A DNA stretch of 64,000 bases from NCBI RefSeq assembly GCF_006345805.1, contig NC_042998.1, forward strand, positions 43,772,001 through 43,836,000. Reading direction: 5' to 3'. Shown piece after piece: positions 54,888-64,000 of this stretch. The first letter of the stretch is position 1. Every line of letters starts with the position of its first letter. This stretch comes from Octopus sinensis (taxonomy: Eukaryota). The notes beneath the pieces are model-generated. The model was given only the letters and a program-made list of their open reading frames with translations, ran no database searches and was not told the origin of the DNA. The translations under genes were made by a program, and so were the position numbers.

Positions 54888-55533
54888 GTTTTCGTATTTC
54901 GTATTTCATGTTGTTTACGTGCTGTGATGTCATGTGCCCATATATGCATGTATATATACATATATATGTAAGTATGTACATATATGTATGTATATATGCG
55001 TATATATATATTATTTATATTACTATATTAATAGTTGGGTACATAGCTTTTTAATATCCGCCTACCGAAATGCATACCTACCTAACTGCCTGCCTAACTA
55101 CCTACTTACCTACCTACCTAGCTACCTACCTACCTACTAACATACTTACCTACCTACCTACCTACCTACCTACATACATACATACATACATACATACATA
55201 CATACACACACACACATACATACATACATACATACATACGTACATACATTAATACAGAAAGAGATAAAATATGAGATTTGAGAGACAGATAAAACAGGAG
55301 GATAGCACCACGAATGATAAAATAAAGTAAGGTTCGTGTTCTAATTAAGCTCACACTAATAGGAAAGGAAACGAGCATTTTCAAAAATTTCGAACATGGA
55401 CTTCCGTGAAAAGAAAGAAAATGAGGTAAGAAAAAAAGAGAGAACAACCAAAAATTGTAAGGAAGAAAAAATACCATGACGAGGCGTTAAAAGGCATAAT
55501 TTCGCAAGAGTTCCAGGACTGCTTTATATATAT

Positions 55534-55576
<43 letters not shown>

Positions 55577-55612
55577 TGATGTAGGCAGCTCTTATTTCTA
55601 GCACACTTAGTG

Positions 55613-55661
<49 letters not shown>

Positions 55662-55908
55662 GTGTTCGTGCGCGCATATGTCTATATATATATATATATA
55701 TTGAGGTTATGAGAGGTAATGGTGTCAAGAAAACCCAAAGGTATCAGGTAATGTTGAGTAAGTGTTATAGTTAAGCTCCAGGTTCGGTGATTATGCGAAT
55801 GAGGAGTATAACGTAGGTCATATGTCTGCATGTGTATATATAAAAAAATTAACAGAATGAGATAAAAATCTAAGGCTGTAAAGATTTCAGAACATTTGTA
55901 AATAGAAG

Positions 55909-55956
55909 GTCTTACATCTGTTTCCTGGATATTTTATATATCCCTTCATCGGAGAC
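55909..55956 (-). ncRNA. Degenerate hammerhead ribozyme in the PLE 3' UTR
   Basis: The reverse complement is GTCT-CCGATGA-A-GGGATAT..ATATCC-AG-GAAA-C-AGAT-G-TA-AGAC. The core U4 to C change suggests it is inactive. Confidence 0.55.
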
Positions 55957-57388
55957 GGTGTGAGGAAATGGTTAAGCAATAGTTATTCTAGATAAGATAT
56001 GAAATAGAGAGTGAAGTGGAAGAATGAAAATCGATGTGAGATATGTTGGGATATTGTATCTTCAGATCCGTTATTTAGGCAGAATGATTTAGCTAAGTTT
56101 TTAACGCTAAGCGAGAATGAGGGTGTGTACCACAGAATAGAGCGTCCGCAGCTTTTTTAGTGTTTCTGGGAGTAGTGCTATGTATGTTTTTAGATAAAGG
56201 AGTGCTATCTATATTTTTGGAGAATGGAGGTGACTGGCAAGGCCTGTTGTTTTAGCAGTTGTAGTTCTTTTAGTTTTTGACCTAATGTTAAATGTATTTG
56301 TGGGGAGGTCTAGGTTGGCTATTTGTAAGACCTTCTAGGGTTCCACCAACAAGTGTGTGTGGCTGGTTGTGATTGTGATGGTTGGTGCGTGTTTGAGATG
56401 AGATTTGAGGTATATATTCTTTGAGCCTGGTGTTATGGATGTATTCAATTTGTTGGGAAAGCCGCTTAAATATTTTAACATCCACTCCAATCACCACAGA
56501 TCCACTTTCGATAACATAATCAAGGACATCTCAACCTGCATATCCGACCTCTCTTCCACTGAGGAATTTTTCAATAATCACGCACCATATTACAACCAAG
56601 TACTCGGCGATATGTCGCTCACCCCCATTCTTTTAGATACGAGAAACATAGTAAATCTACAACACTCGCCAACCACATACATCATCTCAAAAATACAAAT
56701 ATACGCTATACTTTATCATGGTCCATACTGGACTCAGGGCTTCTCTACCGATGTCAACGCTCAATCTGCAAGCTTTGCCTGAAGGAGGCTCTTCACATAT
56801 TAAAGCACAACTCTCCAACACTGCTAAATAAACATAATGAGGACCTAAGCACATGAAACCACCCCTTTTTTCACACATTTAAATTCTACCGCAAACCCAA
56901 ATGCCTAAATGACCATACAGTATATTTCCATAACACACCTTAGGTAATCCCAATAGCTTAATAAATCTGCATTTTAACTCCTAATCCTTATCTAATTCCT
57001 CTTTCATACCTGACTATCACAATCATTAATTGTATTTGTTTGTATATGCCTGTGTACGTATGTACGTGTATGTCTGTGTATGTATGTGTGCAAGCTGTAT
57101 ATACCTGCGTATGCAAGGGTGATAATACATACAGATACACGTATATATGGGTGTGCGTGTACATATATATATGAGTACGTGTTGTATGTGTAGGTGTTGA
57201 TATGTATAAATATCTATATAAATGTTTAATATATGCATGTGTCTACATCTTCACATATATATATTATTCTACTACTAAGCACTGACCTGTCCTCTAAGTA
57301 ACCTAACCTATATTCCTCAATTCTTCATTCCACCATTTTACTATCCCTACCCCCTCTCTCTGCCTCTCACTTAGGCTCTGTCACAATA

Positions 57389-57550
57389 TACCTGACACTC
57401 CTTTACTATTTACCCTCTCATCTTTTTACACGTTCATATCTTTCTTTCGGTGTCACCCTCACCTCATTCGTTCTACCTGACACTCCTTTACTCTTTATTC
57501 TCTCATCTCTTGACACTTTCATATCTTTCTCTCTCTATCACCCTCACCTT
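57389..57550 (+). repeat. Tandem duplication (~86-bp unit) in the PLE 3' region
   Basis: tacctgacactcctttact..tcatatctttct..tcaccctcacct occurs twice. Confidence 0.7.
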
Positions 57551-58129
57551 CACATTCCTTATATCAATTTATCCCGACTGACCACTAACCAATACACCTT
57601 CCCCCTCTTCATTTCTCTATTATCTCTCTCCCCGCATTTCTTGGTTTCTTTTTTCCTCTCTTACTGTTTTTGATGTGACCTTACAAACTCATTCCCCATT
57701 TTTTAGTCACTTCATAAAAGCCCTCGATTCAATAACACCGTTTACAAACTCTATGCTTGGAGTGACCAATTTTAAATACTATTGGAACTTAATCACAAGG
57801 TACAGAATCTTATCTGTATACCTTTCTGCCTAAATAATGGAATTGAAGATACAATGTCCTTGCATATCTCACATCTATTTTCATTCCTCCAATTCACTCT
57901 CTATTTCATATCTTATCTAGAATAACTATTGCTTAACCATTTTCTCACACCGTCTTCCCCAGCAGTAACAGAATTTCAGGGAGGCCCACTGTTTCTTCGA
58001 TTCAGCCATCGCAAAAATCGACGGACAGTGGAGAAGCATTGCAAATCAACGATGCACCACATGGCAGTACAACCACACAGGACGACGCCTGTCGGCAGAC
58101 TGATACTTGGGGGTCTGATCAAATGGTTT

Positions 58130-58362
58130 CAAGGCGAGCTGGCAGAAACGTTAGCGCGCCGGGCGAAATGCACAGCGGTATTTCGTCTGTCGTTACGTTC
58201 TGAGTTCAAATTCCGCCGAGGTCGACTTTGCCTTTCATCCTTTCGGGGTCGATAAATTAAGTACCAGTTTCGCACTGGAGTTGATGTAATCGACTTAATC
58301 CGTTTGTCTGTCCTTGTTTGTCCTCTCTGTGTTTAACCCCTTGTGGGTAATAAAGAAATAGG
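58130..58362 (+). mobile_element. SINE family B, full length
   Basis: aggcgagctggcagaaacgttag..ttctgagttcaaattccgccgaggtcgac..ccccttgtgggtaataaagaaata. Confidence 0.9.
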
Positions 58363-58364
58363 TA

Positions 58365-58426
58365 GCTTGAACTACTATGGGCTTGTCCCACAGAGAACGT
58401 TTCCTGTTACTTTTGGGTACCCCTTC

Positions 58427-58428
<2 letters not shown>
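58365..58428 (-). mobile_element. Single mariner-like terminal inverted repeat remnant
   Basis: The reverse complement ta-tgaaggggtacccaaaagtaacaggaaacg resembles mariner termini (TA-CGAGGG..). Confidence 0.45.
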
Positions 58429-58457
<29 letters not shown>

Positions 58458-58474
58458 TATAGATATATTGATAG

Positions 58475-58533
<59 letters not shown>

Positions 58534-58600
58534 CGTGCATGCATGCATACATACATACATACATACATACATGCGTGCATACATTGATGGATGGATGGAT

Positions 58601-58669
<69 letters not shown>

Positions 58670-59669
58670 TGAAATTAATATTAATATTATAATTCATTAT
58701 TATAAAATATGGGGAACACGATGTGCAGAGATGCGTCGCTGTATCGCACATATATTGGTATAGTTGATAGTGACTACAACATATAATTTGATTAAATATG
58801 CTATTCTCAGCGGACCTAGGTTTACTGAGTGTGTGTATGTGTGTGTGTGTATGTGTATGTATGTGTGTTTTTATAGATATATACATATATATACATACAT
58901 ATATATATGTATGTAAGTATGTATGCATGTGTTATGTATTTACGTACATACCCACGTGCGCACACATGTATATATAAATGTATAACTCTACCTAGTTCAA
59001 ATATTTCGTCGTAAATTAAATTTTATAAGATCGATTTTTATTATATACTGTTTTTATTTAATATAATTCATTTTATATTTCTGTAGAATATCAATCACAA
59101 ATAGAATTCAGGTTTATGTTCAAAAGATTTCCCATAAGAATAGGGTTACAGTAAAATGAAACGTAAGATAAATACTTTTATACGGTATATTAGTAACGAT
59201 ACAATTCTATTATTAACTAAAATTCATAATTTGAATCATTTCTACTTCTTTATCGCCCTCTAAGACCTTTTTCCTATTTGCATATACGTACAAAGGAAGA
59301 GTATTTTTCTCTCTTCATTTTCAAAATGAATGTATTTTCTACAGTCGCGATCAAATTTCACGATAAAATCTACAATCCAAAGTAAACTGAATAACAAATC
59401 TATAAATTAAATTTTCTGAACATATTTAGAATCTATTCTATTTAAAGCATCCATATGTGCGTATTGTGTCCTCTCATAATCGCGAAACGAAATTGATGTC
59501 TTAGAAAAGAGAAAAAAATATTGGGATATCTTTTGAATGAACTTACACTCTCAATTGAAAGGAAAATGTAAACGGATAATTTTCGAAACAGCTATCTTTA
59601 AGAATAAATGCATTTTTGTATCCATTGTCTTGTTTAACTGTTGATATTTATATGTCAATTTTCTTTCAG

Positions 59670-59745
59670 AGACCTTTTTCTATTTGGTATGTCAGCTCTA
59701 GTTACTCTGCAGCAGCCAAACATATGAAATGGCTGACTTTTTAGC
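59670..59745 (+). other. Candidate exon with possible start codon (MADFLA..)
   Basis: Acceptor attttctttcag| and donor |gtaagt; gaaATGGCTGACTTTTTAGC lies just before the donor. Confidence 0.3.
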
Positions 59746-60844
59746 GTAAGTAATGGAACACATGCAACATATGTTCACGCTCCTTGTGGTGCACGTTTGT
59801 TAAAAAAATAAGTATTATTTATAGGTGCTCAGTATCCTTTCCCTACCACCTAAAGCCAAATTAGAGCAAAGCAATTCTCTTTCTCATCATTCTCATCCAC
59901 CTCTTCACCGTCATAAACATCATCAGTAAAAATGAGATCTGACTTTCGGTCGAATCCATCCTGAAGATTGCTTCCCTTACTGAGTATAGTAAAAGAAGTC
60001 TAGTCAATTTGATTCACGCCAAAGCTCTCGGCGGTTTCTTCAGTTTTTCCTACGAGAGGAAAATAGGGATAAAAGATAAACCGTTCTGCAGTAAATTTGT
60101 TGAAAAGTGGGTGTGGACTGAGTGAATGGGCTTACTCACATAATGCAGTTATAGGCCAGAAATATACTTTCAAGTGGACACTTACTCTTGGCAGCAACTG
60201 TAATGGAATAATCTAATATCTCCTTTAATGGCGCCGTCAAAAGGGTCTTTTTCCACCTATCAGGGGCCAAATTCATTGTTCATATTGTATTGTTGGCACC
60301 TTCTTTACGATATTCCCTAGTTTCATATTCACCATTCTACTTTCACCAGCATCTTGAGCTTTTTCTACCTGTCGCCTTTAAATGAACTGTCATCCTCTTT
60401 TAAGCGCAGTCCGAGATTGGATATCTAGCATAGGAAATATTTCAAAAGCAACCCTTGTTTTATAAATGATAGTAGATACTATAGCGGATTCTTGCTTTAG
60501 CGGAAGTCAATCTGAGCTGTTTCTTCGGGATGTATGTATATGTATATGTACATGTATATGCACACACATATATCCACTTAAAACTGAATCGACACACACA
60601 TATATGTGTGCGTGTGTGTATGTGTGTGTGTGTGTGTGTGTATATTCCCTTTTAAGTTTATAGATTTCTTGTAGAATTCAGAGCCAGCATTGCAAGTTGT
60701 GACATATCTTAAGTGAACACACCAGTGTAAACAATGCAATCGAAGAAAGAAAAAGTAGATAATTGGTGTATATGCATATTTCAAGAGTCATAGCTCTTTC
60801 ATCAGTATCACATCCATGGTTGGATTTGATGCTGATGGAAGAAG

Positions 60845-61140
60845 TCAATGCGCGTGGCTTTGTGGTTAGGGTATCCGATTAATGGTTGTAAGGCTTTAAA
60901 TTCGACTTCCGATGGAACGTTGTGTCTTTGAGCAAGACCCCTTATTTCTCGTTGGTCCAGTTCACTCAGCCGGCAAAAATGAGTAGTATCTGTATTTCAA
61001 AGAGCCTGCTTTGTCATATTCAGTGTCATCATGAATCTTCATGAGAACTACTTTAAGAATACGCATGTCTGTGGAGTGCTCAGCCACTTACACCTTAATT
61101 TCACGATCAGACTGGAGCCCTCGTCCTCGTAACCGACAGA
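60845..61140 (+). mobile_element. tRNA-derived SINE (family C-like head, different tail)
   Basis: gcgtggctttgtggttaggg head; tttgagcaagaccc..ccagttcactcagc central domain shared with 35050. Confidence 0.6.
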
Positions 61141-61154
61141 GTAGCAGTAGTTTC

Positions 61155-61440
61155 TTTGATGCGCAAGCATAACGTGGTTTTGTGTTCAGTCTCACTGCAC
61201 AGTACCTTGAGAAAGTGCCTTCATCTACATATAGCACCGGCTGACCAAGGCCACGTTATTGAATTTGAAAGCACGCGTTTCTTTGTGTTTATCCCTGTCC
61301 ACCATTTGACAACTGTTGTTGCTTTTGGTCCCTGTGTTATAGCAGTTCGGTTACAGAGACGATTCAATAAGTAATGGACTTTAAGAAATCAATATTGCAA
61401 TTAATTCGTTCGACTGAAACATTTAAGTTTCTGCTGCAGC
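61155..61440 (+). mobile_element. SINE family A, highly diverged
   Basis: gttcagtctcactgcacagtaccttg..gctgaccaagg motifs. Confidence 0.55.
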
Positions 61441-61501
61441 AGCGTGGCCGAAGTCCAAATATTGATACAAGCGAATAAGCAGCACACACACACACACACA
61501 C

Positions 61502-61533
<32 letters not shown>

Positions 61534-61566
61534 CAACACACACACACACACACACACACATTATAG

Positions 61567-61628
<62 letters not shown>

Positions 61629-61639
61629 AGTAAAGTATA

Positions 61640-61830
61640 AAGAACCCCTTCAGTCATGAATGCGATTGCACCTAGAAAGTTCCCCTCCGCGGCACAAGTC
61701 TGAGTGAGGTTGCTTGTGGAAGACCAGCAGTCGCCCATGCATACCAGCCTCCCCTCTCCATACCACCGATTTTATCCATGGAGAAGGCAAAGACCAATAC
61801 AGTTTGACATCAGTGACACTGCAACAACTA
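61640..61830 (-). mobile_element. SINE family C 3' part
   Basis: Reverse complement of 35180-35330 (gcataccagcctcccctctc, gcacaagtc). Confidence 0.7.
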
Positions 61831-62168
61831 GGCGCCACTGCGAAGTAGTGAAGATTTGAAATAATCAGGTTTGCCACCTCATAGATTAATTGCCTTCCTA
61901 GGCTGGCAAGTTCCAGTCACCAGAGCACCAGTTCTATGGCGCTCCGCCTCTTCTGTCACTTCTATCAGACTTAGAAATTAGGGTGCACGAAAAGACCAAG
62001 ATGTAAACGTAGCGGTCAAGGGTTATTTAAGACACACGCCATCAGATCACTTATTAGTTTTGGGATCTTTTAATCACCATCAGCGCTATTCGATATATAT
62101 ATATTATATATATATATATATATATACCTGTGGTGCCAAATTAATCAGATCAAATAGCGGTGATGGTG

Positions 62169-62222
<54 letters not shown>

Positions 62223-62379
62223 CACACACACACACATATATATATATACATACATACATATATGTATGCATATATATGTGTATGTACTGAGACAATTCAA
62301 GTATTCTCTTTACGGTAATGAATTGCTTTAATCAATATACACTATTCATATTTCAGCTTCATTAATCTCCCACGCACTA

Positions 62380-63030
62380 TTGACACAACCTTCAGAAATA
62401 AATTCCAGTTCTTTTCATCAAAAGAATTTCTATTCCACTTGAAAAACAGACTATTCCTCTAATAATATCTTCATCCCCTAAGTTTGTCTTTAAATAGTTT
62501 CGTGATGCCAGTTTTCTTTATCTTATCTACATCTATCAGGCCTAAATATTTGTAACCTTCAGTATCTTGCTGATTTATCATTGTTTCATCAGGAAAGTAT
62601 CCTATTACATTCTAACATTGCCCTTGTATTATTATCGGTAGTTATCCACATTTTCTATAGCTATGCTGCATGCTAATTACTCATTAAAATCCAGCACTGA
62701 CTGCTACAACCAAGGATATATCTGATGTATGTAATTATAAAACATCGCCTTCAAATATTTTATATGTGCATTATTTTACATCACATAGCTTCCCCTTCGA
62801 TACACCGCCATCCTTGCATATTACGAACGTTGCTAATATTAGACAGTTATCCCTTTAAGTTTTTATCCAGCCGCATTTAAAATATCCTAAAAATGTTAAG
62901 AAAATAGGTTGTATTTTTTCACATTTCTATAGATATCATACTCCCTGTTACCCAGTTTCGTATCTAAATATTTGCATCAATGGAATGTCTTTGGTATTTG
63001 TACTATTTAAACATAACACTGCAAATTTTG
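62380..63030 (-). mobile_element. Decayed non-LTR RT (R4/Dong-like)
   Basis: The minus reading LPDETMINQQDTEGYKYLGLIDVDKIK matches the GYKYLGILE.D.IK motif typical of R4/Dong-type RTs. Confidence 0.5.
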
Positions 63031-63394
63031 TGAATAGCTTTCTGCAAACACTTTATATTTATTTATACATATAGAAATCGAACTTTCCAGAACAGGCTCT
63101 TTTCACGGCGGATATTTCGAAGTAAAAACAAATATTATTCACTGAAATTATATTATCAATTCAGGAAATATAATGAAGAACATTACTGAAAATCGTTTTT
63201 TTTTTCTTTTTCCTTTTCCATGAATACTTTCTTATACATATCAAAGATTGATGTTTTATAATTATTCTGAAGTTCATTAAAGTTGATTAGTTCTGATTGA
63301 ACACGCAGTTATCTAGATTTCATTATAGTTGTGGTAGTGATATGAGCATATGCCCTTGTGTATGTATATGTGTACATGTGTATACATACATACA

Positions 63395-63430
<36 letters not shown>

Positions 63431-63537
63431 TAAATATATATATATGTGTATATATGTATATATATATATGTATATATGTATATATACATATATGTATATC
63501 TATATATATATATGTATTTATATATATTATATATATA

Positions 63538-63872
63538 TCACAATCAAGGAACAGCCATAATAGGCCATTCACCCACTAAAATAACAGCCAAAAAGCTTCA
63601 ACCGCAAAATAACATTAATTCTGTAAACCAGGAGAAAATTAAAAAAACATTTACCCTGAAATTCCTTATACGATGCACCGTTTCGTCTACTAGTTATTTT
63701 GCGGTTGAAGCTTTTTGGCTGTTATTTCTAGTGGGTGAATGGCCTATTATGGCCGTTCCTTGATTGTGATATTGAACTTAAAAATGGTTTATGACTATTT
63801 AATTTTTTCCCACTAGGCCGCTGGAGGCAAAAGAATTCTACAAAATTTTTTTGCCTCCCTATATTGATTAAT
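63538..63872. mobile_element. Second, shorter fold-back copy of the ~500-bp HHR monomer
   Basis: 63538-63690 and 63693-63872 are oppositely oriented pieces of the 52.9 kb monomer. It retains the HHR 3' half (63661-63688, minus) and is flanked by (TA)n. Confidence 0.85.
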
Positions 63873-63874
63873 TA

Positions 63875-63963
63875 TTATATATATATGTATATATCTATGT
63901 ATTTATCTATCTATATATCTATATATATGTATATATCTATTTATCTATATATATATATATATC

Positions 63964-64000
<37 letters not shown>
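63875..64000. repeat. (TA)n/(TCTA)n microsatellite
   Basis: Direct reading. Confidence 0.95.

Larger units (their letters stand above)
55700..57955. mobile_element. Rearranged Penelope-like element with inversion and inverted 3' UTR copies
   Basis: Plus 56468-56605 is the RT C-terminus (YFNIHSNH..ISDLSSTEEFFNNHAPYYNQ). Plus 56628-56870 is the endonuclease end (FRYEKHSKSTTLANHI..LSWSIL..CKLCLKEA..LLNK). Minus 56090-56462 is the linker (RSILWYTPSFSLSVK). 55953-56084 and 57824-57955 are inverted repeats. Confidence 0.85.

Overview
This window is AT-rich eukaryotic DNA saturated with microsatellites. It is most likely intronic or intergenic DNA from an octopus (coleoid cephalopod), inferred from the SINE families and repeat landscape rather than proven. 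Almost all ORFs in the supplied track are artefacts of (TA)n, (CA)n, (GA)n, (TCTA)n or (TAA)n runs. Interspersed repeats dominate: three to four tRNA-derived SINE families; decayed RTE, CR1-like and R4/Dong-like LINEs; Tc1/mariner, pogo and MULE remnants; MITEs; a Helitron/Helentron-like non-autonomous element; and at least three Penelope-like element (PLE) remnants. No complete protein-coding gene can be supported, only a few candidate exons. The main signal is a set of hammerhead-ribozyme (HHR) bearing, apparently non-autonomous elements inserted as asymmetric head-to-head fold-backs. (1) A tRNA-head + (TAA)n + minimal HHR + ~30-nt tail element occurs twice (26.5-27.1 kb and 30.8-31.4 kb). 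(2) A ~500-bp monomer carries a type I HHR with an unusually long stem II and a covarying hairpin (52.9-54.0 kb, with a second copy at 63.5-63.9 kb). Both architectures resemble PLE pseudo-LTRs or retrozymes. All structures were read by eye; no folding or database search was run.
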